The notes: a model not told the origin generated them from the letters alone. A DNA stretch of 63,836 bases, filler included, from Octopus bimaculoides (GCF_001194135.2; 7 parts of 6 records of this genome joined end to end with filler, not necessarily neighbours in it); one strand, 5' to 3'. Numbered from the whole stretch's first letter, positions 12,460 through 25,526 are shown. Numbers and translations: made by a program.

Positions 12460-13865
12460 ATTACAGATAAAGGTTTGATTTCACCCAAGAATGATTATAA
12501 TTTAACGCAGATGAGTCATTATGATTTGAAAAATACTGATACCGAAATAGGTAAAAGAAAATGAAACTTCAAAAATTTCAGTATTTATTAAAGTGAATAA
12601 AGATCTGTGTGTAATTACAAATCTATGAATGTAAATGTACAACAAAATGGTAAATCCTGGAATATAGGAATGGTATAAAAAGTTACTGAACTTTTAGAAT
12701 CAAAACTTAGTGAATTCGGAAAAAATAAAGTTGCATAGAGAAATTGTCATAGTAGGGATATTAATCAATTGTGTGTGTTATGCATATGGACTTAACCTGA
12801 CTGTTTGTAATGCCCATTGCAAGAAAAACCTAATCAAATTGTGATGAAACTAATTTAACTAATGACATTTACAGCGTCGATGACGAGTTTGAAGGTATCT
12901 TTGAGGATGATGATCAAAACGTAGATTCTACAGTTAATAAAAATAATTCCTATTAAGGCTCTTTCGCTAAGTTATAGTATTGTTATTTAAGCAATGTCAT
13001 TAAAAGGTGAGAACAATTATCAGTTTATTTCGTAAAAAAATATGTTAATGAGGAGCATGGCCATGAATTAAAATTAATTAATAAAACTAAAACAAGATGG
13101 CACAATTTATGTGTAATGTGAGAGCAAGTTTTGTTTTTAAAAGCTGTGTTACAATAGTTATGACTGATATGAAGTAACCCTTAGACTTTTCAGACAATGA
13201 ATTTAATATTATTCTTGCTGCTGCTGCGTCAGCATTGAAATCCATTAAAACTGAAGCTCAAAAACTAAGTCAAACCAATACAAATTTGATCTCTACAGAA
13301 GGTACATTTGTGTTTGTTATAGAACAGAATCAATAAAATACTTCAGTGTTCAGTGTCTCTGGCTGAAAGAATGTGTCAAGCAGATAATTCAAGACAGGAA
13401 TAAAACTCTAGTTACACTGGTGAAGTATTTAAAGATTTTTTTAATGATAAACTTGGTTCATTTCTAATTTTGCCATCAGAAATTTAACTGGAAATTATCT
13501 CAAAGAAACTTCAAAATAGAATGTTCATTACTTGGAAAAGAGAGTCCTCTATCTCTCATTCAGAATCCGAATCTCTGTTATTTAAAGTGCCTATTCCATC
13601 AAAAGAGACATCCCTATAACAAAGATTAAATGTTACAATAAACAAAACTGTTAAAATGAATAAAGAGAGGATTCAATATTCAGTTTATCTAAAAACATTA
13701 CCAAAGAGATGAAAATGTTGAAATTAGTTAACTTGCAGAAATTATTTGTTACGCTTAGTAGCCCAGCTTCTATGGAAGTAAATAGAGCCTTTTCTGCAGT
13801 AGAGTCTTCGTTTCAAAATTTCGATCAAATTTGAGCGACAGCACCATCAACAATATAAGCTGGAT
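12460..13865 (+). pseudogene. Decayed hAT-superfamily transposase
   Basis: Remnants QLCVCYAYGLNLTVC (CxxH region; partly frameshifted), YVNEEHGHELKLINKTKTRWHNL (TRW motif) and LFVTLSSPASMEVNRAFSAV...RSNLSDSTIN (hAT C-terminal dimerisation domain). Many stops and frameshifts. Confidence 0.75.
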
Positions 13866-16800
13866 AAAGTACTGTCAATCTGATTGCAAAATAGTTAATT
13901 CTTAAATTGTTAGATTCCTATACAAATATACAAGTTTTTAAATGGAGTAATTTCTTTTGTTCAATATTATTGCGTTTTAGTGTCCAAAACTGAGTGGAAA
14001 ATAAAAATCGAGAACTATTTACTGGAACCCAGATAGTTTTATACACTTGATTTCTTGTGAATGGCAAGATACAAGAAATTGAGAAAATTTGCATGCCATA
14101 CAAAAACATAATAGATGTGTGCTAAGAATTAAAATTCTTTGCTCACTTCCAAAAGATCCGACACTAGGACAGGTTATAGAAGTAGTACGCATACAAGAAG
14201 CAGATTCTGACTCGTACACATTTTCAGTAGTAAGAATGAATGGAATAACATCACTAACGAAGCACCACCCACTAACTTCATAGCAATGACAATAATAGAA
14301 TTAAAGTCTGCTAAAGTCACCTCTAAAAAACACACAACACATACTCACAAACCACACAACATACACCACACGAGTATATATATACCCACTTACATTGGTA
14401 CACTCGAAAACAAAATCAAATAAATGAAAATTCTCGTATACGTACAAACAGATTTATTACATACATGAGAAAATTAGGAGACTGAGGTGAAATCATTAAA
14501 ACAAATTACAGAAGTGTGACTAAAAAAGCTACGATAATGTAACTAAAACTGAGATTGTAACCAGTGGGTGCTGCAATAGGACTCTCCCAAAATACAACAT
14601 TACACACATACACGGCGGAATAATGCTGGTGCCTTTCTTACAAGTTCGAATACACCTTAAGCAAATTTGAACTGATCACAAGTTTGTATATTTATGTACA
14701 CACACATGACAGAAGTAAAGAGACATCCCATAAAACATTATTTTTTTTTATTAAGGGACATGTTTACGTTTCAGGTTCTATTTTCCATTACATTTTAGAC
14801 AGATTCGACGCTGAGTTTCTGAAGCAGAAATATCGTTATAACAAATATTTTTCTCAATATCACAGATTTGCCTGTCATTTGTTTGACCTTAGCCACTTGA
14901 GCATGTCCCTTAGTGGCTGTCAATATGAACATATCTGACCATGGGTAGGAGTAGTGCGTAAGCATCATAGTCATGTGTTGAGAAAGATTCCTTGGGGTTT
15001 GAATAAACGTAACAAAAGCAAAGTTTGGAGGAAATATTAGCCATTTTTCATACTTTCTAGGTGTAAACAAATAGGAAATAACATTTGCTACCCAAGGACA
15101 AAAACTGTGTTGCACAACGTTATGAGAAACCTTTACTTCTCGTATCAAGTAATTTCATTTTCCTCTCATTACATAGTTTATTTTGTGTCAATATGTCAAT
15201 GTATTTATACTTTCCACGTCTACTTTTTCAAATCGATTCTGCATAAATTTTCACGAATTTGAAATCTGTCCTTGTACCTGCCCTTCATTCTTCGCCCTTG
15301 TGTTGAATTTATAAATACAACATATGAAGTGCAACAATTGCATTGTCAAATTGTCAAATGCAAACGGCAGCGTGTTAACGTCTACTTCACTTGTTAAAGA
15401 TATCCAACATTTTTAAGGGAACCATATAATTTTGCATAGCAAAGGTTTGATATGTTGTAAAGTTAGTGCACACAAGTAAAAAACGCATACACGACCGTTA
15501 ATTTTTTCAACGAAAATTTGATTAATTTTTTAAAATATTATTTCATCTTTATTTTTCGTATGTGTTTATCTTATGCACGTTTTAGAATGACACGGTGAAT
15601 GCGAATGACATGTCATGTATTTTGCTGGAGGGAGTAAAAAGTTGAAATGTTCATATCAATTACGCTGTTTAACTCTTGTTCGATTGATGGCCGTTATTTT
15701 CATGCATATGAAAATAAAAGGAAAATTCAAGCTAAAAGACTTCTACATACAAATGTAAATTTTTTTCCGTACCTTTTTACAAATTCTAAATGAATATATT
15801 GATTTAAATCCAATAGAATAACTAAAACTAAATTAAAAGTAAATTGTAATATTTCTATAAATTGGCTACATTAAACAGCGTTCACAGTGAAAATCGTTTG
15901 TCTTCTATGTTCATGAGGCCAAAGTTCGAATTCTTTATTTATAAGATTTCTGTACATTTTAAGACGTGTGTGTTTAGAGATTGTACGCATGCAGATACTG
16001 ATTCAGATTTGATTGAACAGACCAAGGATCAAATTCGTTCCACCCTTCACTGTCTTGTTTCAGACTAAATTAATCGTTTTTCTAATTTTGTTTCCGATTA
16101 CATATTCCATGTAATCCTTCTTTTTTTAATAGTGGAGATTTGAGAAAGATTTGATTACTATTTCTGCCTGAACGAGTGATTATATAAAGGTTACATCTTT
16201 TTTTTTTTCTGTGCCGTATGTGTTGTGTTCAGGTAATTTCTAGCATAAAAATGGGCTAAATTCAAAACGGCCTTTACTAAAAATGAATATGGTTTAAGTA
16301 GATTCAAATATTAAATGTGTAATCTACAATTTATTTAAAATTGATATATTACCTTGTAATCTCCTGCAAAATATTTCCACTATTCTGAAATGAGAGAAAT
16401 ATAAAAGATAAGATATAGTACAAAACTGTAAATAAAAAATAGAAATAGAATAACAAACAACTATACTTAAATCTTATAATGAATAAGACATATACAATAA
16501 TTTTTTTTCATACTTAACTTGTGTGAATTTTAACTGATCGCAGTTTCTAACTGAATGTTAATCTCAAGAGAATATTCTTTCTTAGTGTACAAACAAGAAA
16601 CTAAATAACATGCAAGCAATTTACATACACTAATTCAGTGATTCTCAACCTTCTTTATTTATTTATTTATTCATTGGCCTCAGTTCCTTTTTTCACTAAC
16701 AAAAGAAAACCTTAAAACAGTCGATTATTTTAATTACAGAGAAGTTCATTTAAAACAATTATCATCCATATTTTCATATCTTATCCCTTCCAGTATGCAC

Positions 16801-18215
16801 TTTTTTATTTTAGATATTTGTGTGAATTAGTTCCTCATGTTAAACTTTTACGAAAATTACTAAAGAGGGCATTGACTTGCAAAATTATGCTGGACCAGGG
16901 CACATCATCAGACATGTTTCTGTACGTACAGTATACAACTCATATTCTAAACCTTGTCAAAAGTTTTTTCTTTTTTAAACGTATTTAAAATTTAAGTCTC
17001 GTAATTGGTTTGAACACTTTGTTTCTCAGAAAGATTACGAACCCTCTAAACACCCAGTACCCTCAGAGTATCCCCTTGACATGTACTTTTTATTGTGAGT
17101 TCATAACACGCCTATAGGGGCTATATTGCATATGTTAAAAACTACTGTACATAACTAAACTGCTTAATGTAAGGAATGTCGGTAAGCTGTTTTAAAATAC
17201 ACAAGTTTGCAAAATGACATAAGTCATCATGAAATTAAATATATCGAATATGTAATGTTTAGATCTGTTGTCCTCGAAAACTATACTTGTTACTTTAGCT
17301 GTCAACAGATAAACTATCTTTCATTTACTTCAGCTTTCCAACAGATCAATACAAAATGTATGAGTTTTCCGTTCCGAATTTTGAGCTTTCTTGTGTTATG
17401 GTTTCATTTGTTGGAATGCTAAATTAGAATTTGGGGGTGTGATTTGGATAGAGTTAACAGAGGTTGACGGTCTAAAACTGAAAGCCAAAAATTATAGAAA
17501 ATATGAGTGTCATAATCCAGTGGCGGGAAAGCAAAAGCTAGTTTGATTGCCAGATTGATTGGAATACGATATCAAAATCCTTTGTTTACAGTTATATTTT
17601 AGAATAAAGGTTTCTTTGTCTTGAATTTTTCTTGATTATATGTACACCTGTCTACAAATAATTCTTCAAGTATATACACTAAAATGTATAGCGAGTGTGG
17701 TTGCGTATAACTACTTCGAGATATATATTCGGAGAGATTATGATGTTGGCTATATCTACACATACGTTACGTAACCGACGTTATCAGAACAAAGTGGTCT
17801 AAAGTTATGCTTATTTCTTTATTTAATCGGTTTAACAGTCCATGTAAAGTTGGTAAGCCGTAACAGACCAAGGAAAGTGTGTGTGTGTGTGTGTGTACAA
17901 AAAGCTAAAAATCAAAACAGAAAACTAGAAAGAAAAAGCAGAAAAGAACGAAAGAAGAATATATAATGAAGAGTTAAATGTTTTCGTCGTTAAATCTTTG
18001 CTTTCGTGAATTAAAACTTATCTACAGTTGAGAGATCCGCGAAAATAATTTTAACTTCGACTTTGATAGGCTTTTTAAGACAATTTTAAAATTGTCCACT
18101 CTCTCTCAGACTGGTAATTTGGTCACTTATGCATTCGAGCAATTAATATCAAAAGGTTTCTGAATCGTCTTGTTTTCTTGAAAGAAAATAGGTTCGTTCC
18201 TAATGCTACCAAGCA

Positions 18216-18347
18216 ATTAGGCAAAAAATACCGATAGAATAAGTACCAGATTTTAAAATGATCTCTGGGGTCGATTTGTTCAACTAAAACCTTTAAGCCA
18301 GTTCCCCAGCATGGTCGCAGTCCAATGACTGAAAGAAGTAAAAAAAT
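18216..18347 (+). mobile_element. SINE family C 3' fragment
   Basis: ccgatagaataagtacc...ctggggtcgatttgttcaact...ccagcatggtcgcagtccaatgactgaaa. Confidence 0.65.
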
Positions 18348-18775
18348 GAAAAAAAATTTTAACAGCTGAATCTTTATAAATTCTCAGTATTTTACGTTGT
18401 AACGGTTTAGAATGAAAACTGAACTACTTTTCATTAAAGTACATATATTATATTGAAGTGTGGATAATCTTCGCCGTTTTTCATTTTATACTAAACACGC
18501 GTATTTTCTTTGCTTACACTATGTGTTGTAGTTTTTGCTTATTTACCACCGGGCAGTGGTTTGAGAGAAAAGTCGAGAACATGGTAATTGTCACGAAACA
18601 TATTCACCGTAGCAGAAAATAAACAGTAAATTATTTGATATTATTAAATATCCCTATGAGAAAGTGTATAATGATTTTCTGAATACTAAGCACTATACGA
18701 ATGCATCTTTTTGTATTTCTTTTAAAACACCAGAATGGATGTAGGGAGAGTCGTTAGGTTAAGCACTTTATTTAC

Positions 18776-18990
18776 TTTGTCACTGTTATTTATGACATCG
18801 TCCGTGCGTTTGTACTGGTTTTAGGGTTAGGGTTCGGGTTTTAGAGTTAGGGTTAGGGTTTTAGGGTCAGGGTTAGGGTTTTAGGGTTAGGGATAGGGTT
18901 TTAGAGTTAGGGTTAGGGTTAGGGTTTTAGGGTTAGATTAGGGATTTTTCAGCTATTATTTTCGGGAAGACATTTTTGCCCCCCCCCCCC
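18776..18990 (+). repeat. Telomere-like (TTAGGG-variant) array within a dispersed element, left arm
   Basis: Unique leader tttgtcactgttatttatgacatcgt, then TTAGGG/TTTTAGGG/TTAGAG/TCAGGG/TTCGGG units to about 18944, then gggatttttcag...gccccccccccc. Confidence 0.85.
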
Positions 18991-19046
18991 NNNNNNNNNN
19001 NNNNNNNNNNNNNNNNNNNNNNNNNNNNNNNNNNNNNNNNNNNNNN

Positions 19047-19330
19047 TCTAACACTAAAATCCCAACCCTAACCCCAACCCTAAGACCTCAACTCTAAGAC
19101 CCCAACCCTAACTCTAACCCTAACTCCAAAACCCTAACCCTAATCCTAAAACTCTAACCCTAACCCTAAAACCCCAACCCTAACTCTAAAACCCTATCCC
19201 TAACCCTAAAACCCTAAAGCTAAAACCAGTACGAACGATGTCATAAATAACAGTGACAAACAAAATATATACCGCTGATAGTTGTTGTTGACAAACAACG
19301 GCAGTAATTTTATTCGAAGGAAAAGATCCC
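19047..19330 (-). repeat. Same telomere-like-array element in inverted orientation, right arm
   Basis: CCCTAA-variant array at 19047-19230 and a 26-bp perfect inverted match to 18776-18801 at 19235-19260. The upstream unique part matches 52586-52690. Confidence 0.85.
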
Positions 19331-19544
19331 AAAATAGGCAATTTCGAAAACGCTAAAACAAAACGAAAATACTTCCACAAACAAAATAAACTGAAAATTT
19401 TTTTAAATTACTAATAACTGAATTGATTAAACTATATACACGTATATAAATGTTGAAGCCCGTGTAAGTGACGCCCACGCTTATTAAAATTTTTTTTTGA
19501 TGAATACTAGGGTAGTCACAAAACAGGGTTTTACTAATGTAATT

Positions 19545-19720
19545 TTGATTTCAAATTGTGGCACAAAGCCAGCATATTCGGGGGAAGTAGAGGGTCGATA
19601 ACATTGACCACAATGTTCAACTGATACTTATTTTATCGGACCCGAAAGGGTATAAGGCAAAATCAACCTCGGCGAAATTTGAACTCAGAACATAAAGACA
19701 AGCCAAATACTTTGCTAACG
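19545..19720 (-). mobile_element. Degenerate SINE family B
   Basis: ttatcggacccgaaagggtataaggcaaaatcaacctcggcgaaatttgaactcagaac. Confidence 0.65.
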
Positions 19721-19747
19721 ATTTTACTACTGTAATTCTAGTAAAGT

Positions 19748-19888
19748 ATTCGGATCTTTTCCTTTTGATCGGCAGGTCGATAAATTAACTAAACACTTTC
19801 AAACTTCGGATACTGGTAGAATGTGTCATATAGAACATATTTAGCTCTTAGCGTTGTTGGAAAAAGTTTGTATTTTCGATGTTATTTC
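19748..19888 (+). repeat. Distal unique module of the telomere-like-array element (partial)
   Basis: actttcaaacttcggatactggtagaatgtgtc...gttatttc matches 52381-52478. Confidence 0.7.
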
Positions 19889-20192
19889 GTCAATGTCATT
19901 GGCTGCAGAATTTTATCTCAGAAAACTTTCCCACTGTAATCTTCACGAAGTCGAAACCACATTCCGCTGACTTTTCTTGATGCTTCATGTTTTTGCACAT
20001 ATTTGTTCTTCGAAACAAAATCCTGCAACGAATGTCATTTATGTTCTTGTATGTAGGAACGTTTTTAAAATAAAAGTACATATCATTATTCTGACCCTCT
20101 TTGTTTCCTGTACTTACACTTAATGCAAACACACAAACCCACACAGACACAAACACACATCCATCCATACATACATACATATACATACATAC

Positions 20193-20229
<37 letters not shown>

Positions 20230-20243
20230 TAGATAGATAGATA

Positions 20244-20457
20244 GATAGGTTTCTTTATTAGCCACACAGGGCTCAACACAGAGGGGACAAAATACAAATG
20301 TAGAGTTTTTCTTTTCGAGGGGGTCGAAAACAAAGCAGAAAAAAAAACAAAAGTGGGGACAACGATGAAAAAAAACATCGCAAAACGTTTGGGGTATTTA
20401 CAAAAAAATACGAAATAATACAAAAAATTCCCAATAAATGGGGAGGTTATCCGTGGA
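20244..20457 (-). mobile_element. Probable 3' end of an L1/Tx1-type LINE, abutting an (AGAT)/(AGAC) microsatellite
   Basis: Minus-strand terminus ttgtcccctctgtgttgagccctgtgtggctaataaagaaa resembles the terminus of the Tx1-like element at 27877. Confidence 0.55.
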
Positions 20458-20629
20458 NNNNNNNNNNNNNNNNNNNNNNNNNNNNNNNNNNNNNNNNNNN
20501 NTTAATTAATTAANNNNNNNNNNNNNNNNNNNNNNNNNNNNNNNNNNNNNNNNNNNNATAAATATACATATGCATATATATATATACACACATACATAAT
20601 ATATATATACACATTATATATAAATTCAA

Positions 20630-21814
20630 GATGTCAAGTAGACCTTATAGATTTCCAGTGTCAACCTGATGGAAACTATGAATTTATTTTAGCTTAAGAC
20701 CTCTTCAAACAAAGAGGGCAGAAGAAGTCACCACACCGTTGCTCGATATATTTTTATTGCTCAGTGCTCCATGTATTCTGCAGTCCGACAACGGCAGGGA
20801 ATTTTGTAATAAACTTATAGACGACTTGAAAATAACTTGGCTGGAGCTTAAGATCGTACACGGTAAAATAAGACATAGTCAGAGTCAACCAAGACATCGA
20901 AAATATGTTAACATCTTGGATGCAAGACAACCAGCCTACATCATGGAGTTATGGGCTAAAATTTATTCAGTTCATGAAAAACACAGTGCTTCATTCTGGT
21001 ATAAAGAGAACGCCTTATGAGGCTATGTTTTTCTGTGCTCCTAGAGTTGGACTCTCCCGAACTCCTATTCTAAGGGAAGTATTTGAATCAGTGGACGATG
21101 AACAACAATTTGAAAATGCCTTGATTGCTATTACCGCATCCTCTGAACATGATGATGCCGTTTCCGTTGAAGAAACATCTCCAAATCAAACTGTAAAAGT
21201 GTGTGTTGTGTGTTCAAAAAATTGCAAAGACAACCTATTTTGCTGGAAATGTGAGCAGCCTATCCAGGTATCATGCTCAGAAGTCTGGTACACAGAAGAC
21301 AAAAATTGTATGGAAGGTCTACAGGTTGTGTTTAAATGAAATAAATATTGAGAAAGAAAGACATGCAACTAAAGAATGTCTGGAAACTCAGGCTAAGAAA
21401 ATGAAATTAATGACTGACAAATTCTATTGTGAGGTATCTGTAGGTATTACAGTCCACATTCCTCTACCTGAAGTTGATAGAGGAAAAGGAAATGCTAGAT
21501 CTATTTTAGCTGTCATCATGGAAAAAACAGCGATGGATTTTTCTAGTTAGGAACAAAGAATGGCCAAATCAAACAGCTGTACTCTTGATCTCAGTTCAGT
21601 GTATGTGAGCAAAGAATTAATTTCTATGGAAGAAGTTCCGAATATTGAGACATCACTTCAGTCTGTTGCAACAGCTCAAAGTACTGGCACTAGACAAAGA
21701 TGTAAAAAGTGTTTGTGCAAAACACAGTGTGATACTAAAAAGTGTACCTGCTTCAAAAATAATATGCAATGTAATTCTAAGTACCATCACAGCAATCCTT
21801 GTTCTAGTAAATGA
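20630..21814 (+). pseudogene. Ginger2/Tdd-type (KRBA2/SCAND3-like) DDE integrase-transposase remnant, frameshifted
   Basis: IDFQCQPDG, APCILQSDNGREF (rve core), HGKIRHSQSQ, HSGIKRTPYEAMF, VDRGKGNARSILAVI and a C-terminal Cys-rich CKKCLCKTQCDTKKCTCFKNNMQCNSK. Confidence 0.8.
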
Positions 21815-22301
21815 TTAAAAATAAAATGAATGTTTTTGAATAAAGTCTTTGTAAAATTTTGTATTTAAAATAAGTTTCTTACAAGCATGCATTTTTTAAC
21901 AAGCAGGAATTTATTTTATTAAGAATAAAATGAAGGTTTTGCATAAAGTTTTTGTAATATTTTTTACTGAAAATAAAAACAGGCATTTTCTAAAGACTAC
22001 AACTACTTATCATCAATTAATTTATAAAACAACTAATTATTCTATAAAAATAATAAGTTAAATTGNNNNNNNNNNNNNNNNNNNNNNNNNNNNNNNNNNN
22101 NNNNNNNNNNNNNNNNNNNNNNNNNNNNNNNNNNNNNNNNNNNNNNNNNNNNNNNNNNNNNNNNNNNNNNNNNNNNNNNNNNNNNNNNNNNNNNNNNNNN
22201 NNNNNNNNNNNNNNNNNNNNNNNNNNNNNNNNNNNNNNNNNNNNNNNNNNNNNNNNNNNNNNNNNNNNNNNNNNNNNNNNNNNNNNNNNNNNNNNNNNNN
22301 N

Positions 22302-22332
<31 letters not shown>

Positions 22333-22363
22333 CACACACATTCATAAATAAATATATATAGAC

Positions 22364-23246
22364 TTGCTGCCTGACACCCAACTTGTTTTCCGACCAGGAA
22401 GAAGCTGCCTGACTCAGCTCTTACAACACTATGACTGGGTGCTGAAACAGCTACTTAACTACTCAAATGTGGAAGTGATATATCTCGACTTTGCAAAGGC
22501 CTTTGATAAAGTCGATCATGGAATGATATGTCACAAACTGCGTGATCTCGGCATAGTTGGAAAATTGGGAGAATGGCTTCATGACTTTCTGAAGGATAGA
22601 AGTCAGGTGGTAGTAGCCAATGGGGCCACCTCCAATGACACTCAAATAGTGAGCGGTGTTCCACAAGGTACTGTTTTGGTACCACTACTGTTCATAATGG
22701 CCCTCTCAGACATGCCCTCAGCCACACAGAGAGCCACGGTCACAAGTTATGCAGATGATACAAAAGTCTCACAGAACCCTGAAGACACTATGCACCTGCA
22801 ATGTGAGCTGGATGAAATATACAAGTGGGCTGAAAAGAATAACATGCAGTTTAATGCTGAAAAGTTTCAAGCCTTGTGCTATCAGCATGCAAAACTAAAT
22901 GCAGTATCCATTAAATACACTGGACCTGGAGGGACTGCAATCCCAGAAACAGAGACAGTGCGAGACCTGGGCATTTACATGAGTAATAATGCATCCTTTC
23001 ATGTTCATGTTGCTAAATTGTCAATGAAATGCAGGCAACTGACCGGATGGATTCTTAGGACTTTTAGAACAAGAGATCAGGAAACCATGATGGTGCTCTG
23101 GAGGACACTTGTCCTAAGCCACTTTGACTATTGCTCTCAGCTATGGTCACCAACCAGTGTCAAATTAATCTCAGAACTTGAAGCAATCCAACGAAGCTAC
23201 ATGAAGAAGATAGCCTCTATGCAGCATATAAGCTATTGGGAAAGAC
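22364..23246 (+). mobile_element. CR1-group LINE reverse transcriptase fragment, reading frame uninterrupted up to the linker
   Basis: RPGRSCLTQLL, YLDFAKAFDKVDH, SGVPQGTVLVPLLF, SYADDTK, RDLGI, YCSQLWSP. Confidence 0.9.
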
Positions 23247-23346
23247 NNNNNNNNNNNNNNNNNNNNNNNNNNNNNNNNNNNNNNNNNNNNTTAATTAATT
23301 AANNNNNNNNNNNNNNNNNNNNNNNNNNNNNNNNNNNNNNNNNNNN

Positions 23347-23410
<64 letters not shown>

Positions 23411-23908
23411 GCGTATAGAGAGAGAGAAAAAGAGAGAGACATACATATATACATACATGCACGCGTGCATACAATATATTATATCACTTTTTAAAATTAT
23501 CTTCAGATTTTATAGAGTTTAGAGCCAATACTGAAAGTTACATTTCGTATACGAATACATTTATATAAACAATGCGATCGAAGATACAAAAAATAGGCAA
23601 GGGGCGTATATGCATATTTCAGGAATTCTTGCAACTTCTTCAGCACCACACCCAATCCTTTAACCAATCACAAACATATTGCTTTGACAGCCACTAAATG
23701 TAGCAGTGTAATATTATTGGATATGCCAGTTTTACATTTTAAACACATTCCTATTTTTCTATCTTCGATCGCATTGTTTCCGTATACGTATTCGTATACG
23801 AAACTTCGTAACTTTCAGTACTGGCTTTAATTTCTATAGAAAAATCTGTAGAGATAACATTAAAAAGTGAATTAATAGTACTCATAAACACAGGCGGGAT
23901 ACAGTATA

Positions 23909-24113
23909 GGCGAGCTGGCAGAAACGTTAGCACACCGGGCGAAATGCTTATCGGTGTTTCGTCTGCTGTTACGTTCTGAGTTCAAATTCCGCCGAGGTCG
24001 ACTTTACCTTTCATTCTTTCGGGGTCGATAAATTAAGTACCAGTTACGTAATCGACTTAATTCCTTGTTTGTCCCCTCTATGTTTAGCCCCCTGTGGGCA
24101 ATAAAGAAATAAG
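23909..24113 (+). mobile_element. SINE family B, tail type 2 (Tx1-like), with target-site duplication
   Basis: Full head and central domain. Tail is ttgtcccctctatgtttagccccctgtgggcaataaagaaat. Direct repeat agtataggc at 23903-23911 and 24112-24120. Confidence 0.85.
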
Positions 24114-24559
24114 TATAGGCTTATTAGCCTTTAATGTATTTGGTAATACGTTATGGTTGCATAACANNNNNNNNNNAAGAAATAAGTATAGGCTTATTAG
24201 CCTTTAATGTATTTGGTAATACGTTATGGTTGCATAACAAAATGCATCATCTTTACCACCAATTTCTATATTATTATCTCGTATATCATTCTGCTATTAA
24301 AAAAAAACGCAGTTTAACTGGAAACACAAACCATGGATTTAAAATGGCGATGAACAATAACCTCAGACAGTGCCACCAGTATACGCAGAGTTCTTTACTA
24401 ATTTTAGAGCTTATAAAATATTTTCCCGGATTGATAATCCCGCACTAATAACCTATATGTGTACCTCAGTGTGTGTGTATGTGTGTGCGCATATACTATA
24501 TGTGTGTGTGTGTGTGTGTGTGTATATACAAGTATATATACAGATAATCAACAAAAAAA

Positions 24560-24720
24560 AAGAGGAACAAGTACAACAGGAAACAAACAACAACGCGAGC
24601 ACGTGGTACATGCAAGGTATTAGCGGACGCTCAGAGAAGGAAAGGAAAATAGTTTTAAGTTTCGAGTAAAGTTCTTCAGAAACAGGAGACTGAGATAGGT
24701 TCAAAAGAAAAGGAAGACGG
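24560..24720 (-). mobile_element. PLE terminal-repeat remnant with a degenerate hammerhead motif, related to 44990-45140
   Basis: Minus strand gttt-CTGAAGA-actttactc-GAAA-ctta-aaac (24652-24683), followed by ...ctgagcgt...ctaatac as at 45080-45100. Confidence 0.5.
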
Positions 24721-25467
24721 AGGAAAAAAATCACCAACGATCTACGTAATTACATATATATATATATATATATGTNNNNNNNNNNNNNNNNNNNNNNNNN
24801 NNNNNNNNNNNNNNNNNNNNNNNNNNNNNNNNNNNNNNNNNNNNNNNNNNNNNNNNNNNNNNNNNNNNNNNNNNNNNNNNNNNNNNNNNNNNNNNNNNNN
24901 NNNNNNNNNNNNNNNNNNNNNNNNNNNNNNNNNNNNNNNNNNNNNNNNNNNNNNNNNNNNNNNNNNNNNNNNNNNNNNNNNNNNNNNNNNNNNNNNNNNN
25001 NNNNNNNNNNNNNNNNNNNNNNNNNNNNNNNNNNNNNNNNNNNNNNNNNNNNNNNNNNNNNNNNNNNNNNNNNNNNNNNNNNNNNNNNNNNNNNNNNNNN
25101 NNNNNNNNNNNNNNNNNNNNNNNNNNNNNNNNNNNNNNNNNNNNNNNNNNNNNNNNNNNNNNNNNNNNNNNNNNNNNNNNNNNNNNNNNNNNNNNNNNNN
25201 NNNNNNNNNNNNNNNNNNNNNNNNNNNNNNNNNNNNNNNNNNNNNNNNNNNNNNNNNNNNNNNNNNNNNNNNNNNNNNNNNNNNNNNNNNNNNNNNNNNN
25301 NNNNNNNNNNNNNNNNNNNNNNNNNNNNNNNNNNNNNNNNNNNNNNNNNNNNNNNNNNNNNNNNNNNNNNNNNNNNNNNNNNNNNNNNNNNNNNNNNNNN
25401 NNNNNNNNNNNNNNNNNNNNNNNNNNNNNNNNNNNNNNNNNNNNNNNNNNNNNNNNNNNNNNNNNNN

Positions 25468-25526
<59 letters not shown>

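Noticed and set aside
14089-14283. LTR-retrotransposon gag-like peptide (LPKDPTLGQVIEVVRIQE)
   Set aside because: Only a single short resemblance, with no LTR, protease or RT support.
16636-17147. hAT-type MITE (cagtgattctcaacctt ... atgttaaaaactactg)
   Set aside because: The terminal match is only about 11/17 and there is no 8-bp target-site duplication.
18819-19230. Ancestral chromosome end-to-end fusion site
   Set aside because: The arrays are short and share unique leaders and variant order with a third dispersed copy, and the junction is a gap. A mobile or dispersed element is more parsimonious; kept as a finding in that form.
24104-24239. 63-bp direct repeat
   Set aside because: Exact duplication on both sides of a 10-N gap, typical of an unmerged contig overlap.
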